From positions 24,214 through 88,213 of the forward strand of contig JAQZBR010000003.1 of the NCBI GenBank assembly GCA_029237775.1: a DNA stretch of 64,000 nt, in the 5' to 3' direction. The stretch's first letter is position 1, and each line of letters starts with the position of its first letter. Both the position numbers and the translations under genes were made by a program. The notes under the pieces were generated by a model that was not told where the DNA came from, did no database searches, and saw only the letters and a program-made list of their open reading frames with translations. Source of the stretch: Bacteroidota bacterium. Lineage in GTDB: Bacteria; Bacteroidota; Bacteroidia; 2-12-FULL-35-15. Of the stretch, positions 26,228 through 35,297 are shown piece after piece.

Positions 26228-26452
26228 CTAAAGATCTACGATGTACCATTTACCTTCATCATTAATCGCATAGGTAAGCCCATCATTCATTTCATGGACC
26301 TCTCTGCCATGTTCCTTGCTGAAATAGCTTTTCTTCTCATAAATCCGGATCCCTCCGTTTTCTTTGGTTAGATAATGTACTAACGCGGTCATTGTTGGCT
26401 GAATGTCATGCAACCACTGATCGTCTCCTTCTTTTACAAATGCCTGGCTCAT
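26228..26452 (-). CDS. Small hypothetical protein (MSxAFVKE N-terminus)
   Basis: 74-aa ORF with protein-like composition and its own upstream GGYRY-N5-TT box. Confidence 0.7.
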   Translation of the reverse strand: MSQAFVKEGDDQWLHDIQPTMTALVHYLTKENGGIRIYEKKSYFSKEHGREVHEMNDGLTYAINDEGKWYIVDL

Positions 26453-26475
26453 AATAATTGCTTTTATATTATAAT

Positions 26476-26492
26476 TCTAAAATTATACGCCA
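26476..26492 (-). promoter_or_regulatory. GGYRY-N5-TT box (sigma54-like)
   Basis: Minus strand TGGCGTATAATTTTAGA. Confidence 0.5.
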
Positions 26493-26708
26493 TTGCATCT
26501 ATTATAATAATGTTCACAGGAAGCCACAAATTTCCCAATTCATTCACGATTCGTTCTCAATTCGCACTTAAATTCCCCAATTCCCCAGTTTTATTGAAAG
26601 CCGTTCGTATTTTTCCGAACATGTTTTCTGTCCATTCGGCATTCAGAATTACTTTTTTGAATCAATTAAATCTTCACTCGCCTTTTCTGACCTGCTTTTT
26701 AGCCCAAA

Positions 26709-26725
26709 AGGCATTGCATTTTCAA
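26709..26725 (+). promoter_or_regulatory. GGYRY-N5-TT box (sigma54-like)
   Basis: AGGCATTGCATTTTCAA upstream of ATG 26760. Confidence 0.45.
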
Positions 26726-26759
26726 TAGTGTAAGCAGAAACAATTTAAAAAACACCAAA

Positions 26760-27086
26760 ATGAAAAAATTCATATTTATAACATCATTGATACTAGGTTT
26801 ATCAGGATTCGTAACAGCACAAACAGCATCACACCTTGGAAGAGAAAAAGAATCAATGTTCAAAGGGAAAATAAAAGTGAGAAAGCAGGTTCACCATTTC
26901 GAAAAACAAAAAAGAGATAAAGCCATCGCTCATAATGGAACTTCGGTAAGAAGAGAGCAGGTAGAAAACAGCCGAAGAAAGGTTGATGGCAACGGTTTCG
27001 CAAGCACTAAATATTTTCCGTCAGATAAAAGAAAGAAAGCGAAAAAAGTGAGAAACAAAAACTTCAACACTTATACAATGAAGTAA
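26760..27086 (+). CDS. Small secreted, highly basic protein
   Basis: Sec signal MKKFIFITSLILGLSGFVTA-Q; K/R-rich mature part. Confidence 0.75.
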   Translation: MKKFIFITSLILGLSGFVTAQTASHLGREKESMFKGKIKVRKQVHHFEKQKRDKAIAHNGTSVRREQVENSRRKVDGNGFASTKYFPSDKRKKAKKVRNKNFNTYTMK

Positions 27087-27094
27087 TCTGAAGA

Positions 27095-27715
27095 TCATTT
27101 AAAATCTTCAACTTTAAGTTCTGTATTACAAAAAGTATATTCATACTCCTGCTGGTTGGAAGCCACAATGATCAGCCTTTGATGGCGATGGGCATTCACC
27201 AGTTCAGTGTACCAATCGATCCCTTTGCGGTCAAGATTGGATGCCGGTTCATCCAGCAGGAGGAGGGGTGTTTCAGCGAGTATAGCCAGAGCAAGTCTGA
27301 CGCGCTGTTTCATTCCTGAGGAATAATATTTCAATTGCTTGTTTCTGGATTTTTCGAGACCCGTGATCGAAATGATCTCCTGAGTAGTCAGCCCCTTCTG
27401 AAAAGGTTTGAACTGTGCCTGAAACTCGATGGATTCAGTAAGAGTAAATTCATCAAAGAGCTCAAGATAAGGTGCTGCATAACTTAATTTCTTATAGCTT
27501 TCTTCCTCCGCAATTTTATTAGCTCCTAAGGTATAATCAACTGTTCCTTCTGAAGCTAAAAGACTGCCTGCGATTACCTGCAGTAATGTAGATTTACCTG
27601 AGCCGTTCGATCCCAGCAATACATAGTTGTTGTCACTTGTAAATGAGTAATCCACCTTGCGGAAGATCCATTCGTAGTTGTAACGTTTGCCTATATTGTT
27701 AAGGGTGATCTGCAT
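27095..27715 (-). CDS. Stand-alone ABC ATP-binding protein
   Basis: GSNGSGKST, YSSGMKQR and LLLDEP motifs. Confidence 0.93.
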   Translation of the reverse strand: MQITLNNIGKRYNYEWIFRKVDYSFTSDNNYVLLGSNGSGKSTLLQVIAGSLLASEGTVDYTLGANKIAEEESYKKLSYAAPYLELFDEFTLTESIEFQAQFKPFQKGLTTQEIISITGLEKSRNKQLKYYSSGMKQRVRLALAILAETPLLLLDEPASNLDRKGIDWYTELVNAHRHQRLIIVASNQQEYEYTFCNTELKVEDFK

Positions 27716-27816
27716 TTAGTATATTTCCTGAGAAATTCCTCTCGTACTTCCGATAACTGTAGGGAAGGATTACATCTGAGTTTTATTCAATCTGGAATTT
27801 GAAATATATAATTCCT

Positions 27817-28590
27817 TTATGATATCCCTCTCATAATTCCATCTTTCGAATTACGGATGAAATTTAAGATCTGATCTTTTTCTTTCGAAGCAGGTGCTTC
27901 CTGTTCGATCACTGCCAAAGCATTAGAAACATTCAGTCCTTTCACATAAAGTGTACGGTAAATATCTTCGATCTGCAAAATGGTTTCATTGCTGAATCCT
28001 CTTCTGCGCAAGCCAACAGAGTTAACACCAACATATTGCAACGGTTCACGTGCTGCTTTTGTAAAAGGAGGAACATTCTTTCTTACGCCTGTCATTCCGG
28101 AAATAAATGAATGTGCGCCTATTCTTACAAATTGTCCTACTCCGGTGCCTCCTTCAATGATCACGTAATCTTCAATATCCACGTGTCCTGCAAGGTTTAC
28201 ACTGTTTGCAATGATGATGTTATCTCCTAAGATACAATCATGTGCAATGTGAACATATGCCATCAGCAGACAGTTATTTCCAATGGCAGTTTTCATTTTA
28301 TCTATGGTGCCACGGTTGATCGTAACACATTCACGGATGATTGTGTTATCACCGATCTCGACAACGGTGTCTTCGCCTTTGTACTTCAGATCCTGTGGAA
28401 TAGCTGAAATTACAGCCCCCGGGAAGATCTTACAATTTTTTCCGATTCGTGCTCCGGAAAATATAGTGACGTTCGGGCCGATCCATGTATCGTCACCTAT
28501 AGTTACATTTTCATAAACACTTGCGAATGGAGAGATGGTAACGTTCTTACCAATCTTTGCATCGGGATGTATATAGCTCAGGTTGCTCAT
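27817..28590 (-). CDS. lpxA: UDP-N-acetylglucosamine O-acyltransferase
   Basis: PQDLKY, IRECVTINRGT and HIAHDC motifs; hexapeptide repeats. Confidence 0.97.
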   Translation of the reverse strand: MSNLSYIHPDAKIGKNVTISPFASVYENVTIGDDTWIGPNVTIFSGARIGKNCKIFPGAVISAIPQDLKYKGEDTVVEIGDNTIIRECVTINRGTIDKMKTAIGNNCLLMAYVHIAHDCILGDNIIIANSVNLAGHVDIEDYVIIEGGTGVGQFVRIGAHSFISGMTGVRKNVPPFTKAAREPLQYVGVNSVGLRRRGFSNETILQIEDIYRTLYVKGLNVSNALAVIEQEAPASKEKDQILNFIRNSKDGIMRGIS

Positions 28591-30008
28591 ACAGTTACGG
28601 CCGCTTTGGCTTCTTTAGGTTGTTTATCTTTTACTATCTGGGCAAGCATTACAGCTTCGCAAACTTCTTTTCCATTGACATAAGCAACTCCTCGCATGTT
28701 CACTAAACCTCTGCGGATAGGGCTTTCAAGGGAAAGTTTAAAGACAACTGTATCACCCGGCAAAACTTTTTGTTTGAATTTAACACCGTCTATCTTCATG
28801 AAATAAGTGCTGTACAATTCAGGAGTATCCACCTGAGAAAGAGCGAAAATTCCACCTACCTGCGCCATTGCTTCGATCTGCATAACCCCCGGAAAAACAG
28901 GGTTGTCAGGGAAGTGGCCCTGGAAGAAAGGCTCGTTCATTGTAACATTTTTCACTCCAACGATTCCTTGTGCATCCATTTCCATGATCTTATCAACCAT
29001 TAGAAAAGGATAACGGTGAGGAAGCATTTTAGCAATATCGTTAATGTTGTAGATCGGTTCTTTATCCAGATCAAATTTCACGAGGCCTTTCTTTTTTGCT
29101 TTGATAAGCTCCTTGATCTTCTTTGCAAATGCAATGTTTCCGGCATGTCCCGGACGTGCAGCTAACACATGCATTTTCAACGGTGTTCCTACAAGTGCAA
29201 GGTCACCAACGATATCAAGAAGCTTATGACGTGCCGGCTCATTGAAATAATGAAGGTTAGTGTTATTCAAAACACCCTTCCCTTTTATCTCAACGTCTTC
29301 ACGATGGAAAACCTTTTGAAGGTGAGCGATCTGCTCTTTTGAAATTTCTTTATCGACAAGTACAATTGCGTTATTCAGATCACCGCCTTTGATCAGGTTA
29401 TGTGCAAGCAATGCTTCAAGCTCATGAAGGAACACAAATGTTCTGCACATCGCGATCTCGGATTTGAATTCACCGATATGGTACATAGACGCATGCTGTG
29501 TTCCAAGTACGTCAGAATTATAATCCACCATTACAGTTGCTCTGTATTCATCCTGAGGGACCGCAAGCATTTCCACTTTCTTGATAGGATCTTCGTAAGT
29601 AAGGTTTTCAGTAAGGACGAAATAGATACGCTCTGCATTTTGTTCAACAGCACCAGTCTCTTCAAGGATCTTTACAAATGGCATTGAGCTGCCATCCATG
29701 ATCGGCATTTCCGGTCCGTCCAGCTGAATCATCACGTTGTCGATTTCCAAACCTACAAGAGCTGCCAGAACATGTTCCGTAGTGTGGACTTTCGCTCCGT
29801 TTTGTTCCAGTGTTGTTCCACGTGATGTGTCAACAACATTGTCAACATCAGCATTGATGATCGGATTGCCCGGAAGATCCACGCGCTGGAATTTATAACC
29901 GTGATTTTCAGGTGCCGGGATAAAAGTTAAATTAACCTGCTTGCCTGTATGTAAACCAACTCCTGAAATGGATACGGCTGATTTTAAAGTTCTTTGCTTC
30001 ACACTCAT
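28587..30008 (-). CDS. lpxC: Bifunctional LpxC/FabZ
   Basis: GVGLHTG, TEHVLAA and RHKLLD (LpxC); LPHRYPF and FFQGHFP (FabZ). Confidence 0.97.
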   Translation of the reverse strand: MSVKQRTLKSAVSISGVGLHTGKQVNLTFIPAPENHGYKFQRVDLPGNPIINADVDNVVDTSRGTTLEQNGAKVHTTEHVLAALVGLEIDNVMIQLDGPEMPIMDGSSMPFVKILEETGAVEQNAERIYFVLTENLTYEDPIKKVEMLAVPQDEYRATVMVDYNSDVLGTQHASMYHIGEFKSEIAMCRTFVFLHELEALLAHNLIKGGDLNNAIVLVDKEISKEQIAHLQKVFHREDVEIKGKGVLNNTNLHYFNEPARHKLLDIVGDLALVGTPLKMHVLAARPGHAGNIAFAKKIKELIKAKKKGLVKFDLDKEPIYNINDIAKMLPHRYPFLMVDKIMEMDAQGIVGVKNVTMNEPFFQGHFPDNPVFPGVMQIEAMAQVGGIFALSQVDTPELYSTYFMKIDGVKFKQKVLPGDTVVFKLSLESPIRRGLVNMRGVAYVNGKEVCEAVMLAQIVKDKQPKEAKAAVTV

Positions 30009-31048
30009 TTTTCGATATTTTCTTTAATCAGTTTTTCTAAATCTTTTAATTTGCCATTGATCTCAGGTAAGTTTCTGAACATTACATAAGAGCGCTTATA
30101 ATCACCTATTCCAAATGCAGGTGAGCCTTGTACGATTTCATTTTGTTTGGTGATGTTGTTTCCGATTCCCGATTGCGCAGCAATCTTCACCCCGTCAGCA
30201 ATCGTAAGATGTCCGACAATCCCAACTTGTCCACCGATCATACAGTTTTTGCCGACCTTTGTGGAGCCTGCAACCCCCGATTGTGCAGCAATAACAGTGT
30301 TTTCACCGATCTCTACATTATGTCCGATCTGGATCAGATTGTCAAGTTTTACACCTTTGCGGATGATCGTTGAACCAAGAGTGGCCCTGTCAACAGTTGT
30401 GTTTGAGCCGATCTCCACATGGTCTTCAATGATCACGTTTCCGATCTGAGGAACTTTTTTATAGTTGTTCTCTGAATTGGGAGCGAAGCCAAAACCATCG
30501 CTGCCGATGATGACTCCCGAATGGAATGTGCAGTTTTTACCGATCACGCAATCCGTATAGATCTTCACACCTGCGAATACTGTTGTATTATCACCAATGG
30601 TTGTATTATCCGAAACAACAGCATTCGGATACACCTTCACATTATTTCCCAGCTTCACATTCTCACCGATATAGGCGAAAGCCCCAACGTAGCAATTTTC
30701 GCCAAGCTGAGCCGATTTAGCAATAAAGGAAGGTTGTTCGATGCCGGTTTTGTTATTCTTGATCTGATTGTAAGCTTCAAGCAAAACTGCAAAGCTTGCC
30801 CGCGGGTCCGCAACACGAACGAGCGTGCAGGTTTCTTTTACAGGTTTTTCAAGCACAAGGTCATTACCCACGATCACGATTGTCGCGTCTGTTACATACA
30901 GGTATGGTGCGTATTGGGGATTGCCGAGAAAAGAGATAGCGCCCGGAATTCCTTCTTCGATCTTTGCAAGCTTACTAACGCTTGCATTCGTATCTCCCTC
31001 GACTGTTCCACCCAATAATCCAGCTATTTGCTGCGCAGTGAATTTCAT
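30005..31048 (-). CDS. lpxD: UDP-3-O-(3-hydroxyacyl)glucosamine N-acyltransferase
   Basis: GSDGFGF, VPQIGNV and KLDNLIQIGHNV motifs. Confidence 0.96.
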   Translation of the reverse strand: MKFTAQQIAGLLGGTVEGDTNASVSKLAKIEEGIPGAISFLGNPQYAPYLYVTDATIVIVGNDLVLEKPVKETCTLVRVADPRASFAVLLEAYNQIKNNKTGIEQPSFIAKSAQLGENCYVGAFAYIGENVKLGNNVKVYPNAVVSDNTTIGDNTTVFAGVKIYTDCVIGKNCTFHSGVIIGSDGFGFAPNSENNYKKVPQIGNVIIEDHVEIGSNTTVDRATLGSTIIRKGVKLDNLIQIGHNVEIGENTVIAAQSGVAGSTKVGKNCMIGGQVGIVGHLTIADGVKIAAQSGIGNNITKQNEIVQGSPAFGIGDYKRSYVMFRNLPEINGKLKDLEKLIKENIEK

Positions 31049-31286
31049 TTATAAGATAATTGGTTAATTGGGTTAAAACTGATAAAATCAGAGATGTTCG
31101 GAACCTATGTTATTGTTCTTTATTCTATCCTGAATTTCAATGTTTCAAATTTATACAAATTATCGGATTGGGAGCCGTTTTGGAGGAATATTTGTCCACA
31201 ATTTAGCGTGGAGAAAACTTTGCCACTGGGGCATAAAATTGTGAAGCAAGTAGTGAAACATAAGATTGATTGTAAATACTGCGCGC

Positions 31287-31312
31287 AGATCCTGAAACAA
31301 GTTCAGGATGAC
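31287..31312. repeat. REP-like palindromic element
   Basis: AGATCCTGAAACAAGTTCAGGATGAC (stem ATCCTGAA/TTCAGGAT); intergenic. Confidence 0.7.
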
Positions 31313-31387
31313 CCCCGAAATTAAAATGATGGGTCAAAAGATATCTATCGGTTACCCGTCTCCGAACTCCCAACTCAGTTGTACCGA

Positions 31388-32617
31388 CTATTTCGGGTAA
31401 CACAAATAATACTTCTTCACTGTCTTTGCAAGCACATCCACATTCAGCTGATCAGATGCTTCGGTGATGTCTGTGATAGTTCCGTCTTTGGAAAGGATAT
31501 TGATCCGGATCTTATCGGCCCGGTAAGCATCGTTGGCAACAGTTCCGGTAAGGACAAAATATTCGGTTTCTTTATCACTCAGCTTATAACGTTTTTTGAT
31601 CTCTTTTTTAAGCGGTTGGATCCTGTCATCCTTAAAAGGCATTTTCTGAAGCTCTACCTTGAAAAGCTCTCTGTTTACCATCTGTCTGCAAAGCATCGAT
31701 AATACAAGGTCGGAGTGGTCAGCCCACACTTTTATCGAAGCCATGATATCATAATCATCCAGCTTTGCGAAGGTTTCCAGCAATGAACGATCGCTGATGA
31801 AATCAGCCTTTGTGTATTTGTTGTACAGGAAAGTCTTGAGCTGAGGTGTACAAAACAGCTCTACATTATTTTCCGCGAGATCCTTTGCGCGGGTGAGGAT
31901 ATTCACCAGTAAGTTTTCAGCGCTCAGAACAGTCTTATGTAAGTAAACCTGCCAGTACATGAGCCTTCTGGCGATGATGAATTTTTCAATGGAGTAGATC
32001 CCTTTCGCTTCGATAGCAAGTTCATCGTTCACTACATTCAGCATTTTAATGATCCTGTCGGAACTGATCACACCTTCTGAGACACCGGTGAAAAAGCTAT
32101 CGCGTTTGAGGTAATCAAGCCGGTCCATATCGAGCTGACTCGAAACCAGCTGGTGTAGAAACTTTTTCTTGTATTTATTCTGGAAAATCCTGATCGCAAG
32201 TGATAGCTCCCCGTTAAATTCTTCATTCAGGCGGCTCATCAAAAGCTCGGAGATGTCTTCATGGTTGATATTGCTAACGATGCTGTGTTCTAAAGCATGA
32301 GAAAAAGGACCATGTCCTATGTCGTGAAGGAGAATAGCTATGGTTACCCCTTTCGCCTCCTCTTCCGTGATGGTATGATTTTTTGAACGCAGCACTTCAA
32401 TTGCTTGTCCCATTAAATGCATAGCCCCCATCGCGTGATGAAATCGGGTGTGCAGGGCACCGGGATAAACGAGGTTTGTAAGTCCAAGCTGTTTGATTCT
32501 CCGGAGCCTTTGAAAGTAAGGATGATCAATGAGGTCGTAAATAATTTCGAAGGGTATGGATACGAACCCGTAGATCGGGTCGTTAAAGATCTTCAGCTTG
32601 TTGGAAAATTTATTCAT
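31388..32617 (-). CDS. HD-domain phosphohydrolase (SAMHD1/YdhJ-like)
   Basis: FQRLRRIKQLG, HTRFHH, LLHDIGHGPFSH and DMDRLDYLKRD motifs. Confidence 0.93.
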   Translation of the reverse strand: MNKFSNKLKIFNDPIYGFVSIPFEIIYDLIDHPYFQRLRRIKQLGLTNLVYPGALHTRFHHAMGAMHLMGQAIEVLRSKNHTITEEEAKGVTIAILLHDIGHGPFSHALEHSIVSNINHEDISELLMSRLNEEFNGELSLAIRIFQNKYKKKFLHQLVSSQLDMDRLDYLKRDSFFTGVSEGVISSDRIIKMLNVVNDELAIEAKGIYSIEKFIIARRLMYWQVYLHKTVLSAENLLVNILTRAKDLAENNVELFCTPQLKTFLYNKYTKADFISDRSLLETFAKLDDYDIMASIKVWADHSDLVLSMLCRQMVNRELFKVELQKMPFKDDRIQPLKKEIKKRYKLSDKETEYFVLTGTVANDAYRADKIRINILSKDGTITDITEASDQLNVDVLAKTVKKYYLCYPK

Positions 32618-32743
32618 TCCTGCAAATATAACAAACTGTTTAGATCTGGTTTTAATGCAAAAATAATGTCAAATAATTTTGTTTTTATATCGGTCAAACG
32701 TATTTAAAAGCTATAACTTTAGAAAAAAATTAAAGCAAATTTT

Positions 32744-34297
32744 ATGGAGAGAATTAATGTTTTATGGGCAGATGATGAGATTGATTTATTGAAACCGCAT
32801 ATTCTTTTTTTAAAGGATAAAGGTTATGATGTACATCCTGCTGCGAGTGGGGATGAAGCGTTAGAGATAGCAGATAAGAATGATTTTTCTGTAGTACTGC
32901 TGGATGAGAATATGCCCGGATTATCAGGCCTTGAAACATTGAATCGTTTAAAAGCAAAATATGCAGATCTTCCTGTGATCATGATAACAAAAAGTGAGGA
33001 AGAGCATTTGATGGAAGATGCTATTGGATCAAAGATCTCCGATTATCTGATCAAGCCGGTAAACCCGAATCAGATACTTCTTTCACTGAAAAAAACATTG
33101 GATAACCGCAGACTTATCTCTGAAAAGACCACCTCTAACTATCAGCAGGAATTTCGTCAGATCGGAATGACCATGGGGGACAGGCTTGGCTGGGCCGAAT
33201 GGCAGGAAGTTTATAAAAAGCTTGTTTACTGGGAACTGGAACTTGAAAAGAGCAAAGATGAAAGCATGTCTGAAATTTTGAAGATGCAGAAGTCGGAAGC
33301 CAACAAGCTCTACGGAAAATTCATTGAGAGTAATTACATCGGTTGGTTGAATGGTAAAAATGCAAATCCACCAATGTTCTCGCATACCATTTTTAAGCAA
33401 AAGGTTGTTCCTATGCTTGAGAAGGAAGAAGCAACATTCGTAGTGTTGATCGATAATCTCAGATACGATCAATGGAAGATGATCCAGCCGATCATTTCTG
33501 ATTATTTCAAAGTGGAGACAGAAGAGTTGTATTGCAGTATTTTACCAACAGCAACTCAATATGCGCGTAACGCATTTTTTGCCGGCCTGATGCCAAGTGA
33601 GATCGAAAAACGTTTTCCAAAATTATGGCTGAATGATGAAGAAGAAGGCGGAAAAAATATGCACGAAGAGGAGCTTCTCGCTGAGCAGTTGAAGCGTCTC
33701 GGGAAGGATGTGAAGATGAGTTATAATAAGATCACGAATCATGCTGCAGGAAAAAAGCTTTCCGAGAACATGAGCAACCTGATGCAGAACAAGCTGAACG
33801 TAATTGTTTATAATTTCGTGGATATGTTGAGTCATGCCCGCACCGAGATGGAAGTGATCCGTGAGCTTGCAGATGATGAAAGCGCCTATCGTTCAATAAC
33901 CGTATCATGGTTCGAACATTCTCCTTTGCATGAGATCATCAAGCAGATCGCTGCGAAAAAATGCAGAATGGTGATCACAACAGATCATGGAACGATAAAA
34001 GTTACGGAGCCATCCAAGGTGGTTGGAGATAAAAACGTGAATACCAATTTACGTTATAAGCAGGGTAAAAGCCTTGATTATGTGAAGAAGGATGTATTCG
34101 AGGTTCGCAATCCTGCAGATGCATTTCTGCCTAAGCAACACGTTAGTACAGCTTTTGTGTTTGCTAAAGAGGATATGTTCTTCGCATATCCGAACAATTA
34201 CAATTATTATGTGAGTTATTACCGGAATACGTTTCAGCACGGAGGAGTATCATTGGAAGAGATGGTGATTCCTTTTGTGACTTTGTCTGCAAAATAG
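32744..34297 (+). CDS. porX: PorX response regulator (receiver plus PglZ domain)
   Basis: WADDE...LLDENMPG receiver; IDNLRYDQW, TTDHG and FQHGG; located between the HD gene and tsaE. Confidence 0.93.
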   Translation: MERINVLWADDEIDLLKPHILFLKDKGYDVHPAASGDEALEIADKNDFSVVLLDENMPGLSGLETLNRLKAKYADLPVIMITKSEEEHLMEDAIGSKISDYLIKPVNPNQILLSLKKTLDNRRLISEKTTSNYQQEFRQIGMTMGDRLGWAEWQEVYKKLVYWELELEKSKDESMSEILKMQKSEANKLYGKFIESNYIGWLNGKNANPPMFSHTIFKQKVVPMLEKEEATFVVLIDNLRYDQWKMIQPIISDYFKVETEELYCSILPTATQYARNAFFAGLMPSEIEKRFPKLWLNDEEEGGKNMHEEELLAEQLKRLGKDVKMSYNKITNHAAGKKLSENMSNLMQNKLNVIVYNFVDMLSHARTEMEVIRELADDESAYRSITVSWFEHSPLHEIIKQIAAKKCRMVITTDHGTIKVTEPSKVVGDKNVNTNLRYKQGKSLDYVKKDVFEVRNPADAFLPKQHVSTAFVFAKEDMFFAYPNNYNYYVSYYRNTFQHGGVSLEEMVIPFVTLSAK

Positions 34298-34298
34298 A

Positions 34299-34655
34299 AT
34301 GAGAATTATTTTTTTTATTTTTTTATCATCAATGCCTTTTGTCATGTTCGCTCAGAAGCCTATATATAAGCGTTCTGATGGCGACCTGCTGACGGGAACC
34401 TGGAAGTGTTCAAGGTGCAAGGATACTACTGTTCAAACCATTAATTTCAGGGATACCGTCTTCACCAGGACTCGGATCTCTGAGGAAGGTATTCAATCTG
34501 ATACCTGCGCATACAGAGTAAGAAGGAATAAGCTGTTTATAGAGTGTGATAAGGGAAAGAAAACAACAAGATACCGGATCGTACTTATAGATATTCATAA
34601 CCTTGAACTGAAGCAGTGGAATCAGAAAAGTGAAGAGTTTAAAAAGTCTTTATAA
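34299..34655 (+). CDS. Small exported protein, lipocalin-like
   Basis: Signal peptide and LTGTWK motif; abuts porX and tsaE. Confidence 0.6.
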   Translation: MRIIFFIFLSSMPFVMFAQKPIYKRSDGDLLTGTWKCSRCKDTTVQTINFRDTVFTRTRISEEGIQSDTCAYRVRRNKLFIECDKGKKTTRYRIVLIDIHNLELKQWNQKSEEFKKSL

Positions 34656-35062
34656 TGTCGAAAATAGTTGTTAATGATATTTCAGAATTGCCTGCCGCAG
34701 TTAAAACAATTGTCAAGTCGTTTGAATGGGGCAGAGTCGTTGCTTTTTACGGAGAGATGGGAGCAGGGAAGACCACACTTATCAAAGCCCTTTGTTATGA
34801 AATGGGAGTTCGTGATAATGTGAGTAGTCCAACATTCTCAATTGTAAACGAATATCAATCACCCAAAGGCAAGATCTATCACTTTGATTTTTACCGGATC
34901 AAAAACGCGGATGAGGCTTATGATATGGGCTATGAAGAATATTTCTACTCAAAATCATTTTGTTTTATCGAGTGGCCTGAAAAGATAGCGAGTTTGATGC
35001 CTCTTGAATATGATAAGGTAACTATTATCAAAGATGGGGAAAAGAGGATCATTGAGTTTTAA
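34655..35062 (+). CDS. tsaE: t6A biosynthesis ATPase TsaE
   Basis: GEMGAGKTT, SSPTFSIVNEY, HFDFYR and IEWPE motifs. Confidence 0.96.
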   Translation: MSKIVVNDISELPAAVKTIVKSFEWGRVVAFYGEMGAGKTTLIKALCYEMGVRDNVSSPTFSIVNEYQSPKGKIYHFDFYRIKNADEAYDMGYEEYFYSKSFCFIEWPEKIASLMPLEYDKVTIIKDGEKRIIEF

Positions 35063-35084
35063 GAAATTATTCAAATTTCAAATC

Positions 35085-35162
35085 TCAATCAACCAATGAC
35101 TAATCCCTAATCCCTAATCCCTAATCCACCAATGACTAATTCCCAATCAACCAATCCCAATT
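35085..35162. repeat. 7-bp microsatellite-like intergenic repeats (CTAATCC)n
   Basis: CTAATCCCTAATCCCTAATCCCTAATCC plus degenerate ACCAAT units. Confidence 0.75.
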
Positions 35163-35297
35163 AACACCTACGCGGGAGTGAATTGGTATTCATATTATTC
35201 GTTATTCGTAGTTTCAACAGGCCTTCTTTAATAACTCCTTCTATCTTTTTCAAAACATTGCTTTAGATTCATTAGATTTGTTATTCAAATTTCTGAT

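Noticed and set aside
31094-31403. Two short ORFs between lpxD and the HD gene
   Set aside because: They overlap each other on opposite strands and include a translated REP palindrome.
32744-34297. BREX anti-phage system suggested by the PglZ domain
   Set aside because: The receiver-PglZ fusion next to tsaE is PorX; no brx or pglX genes are present.
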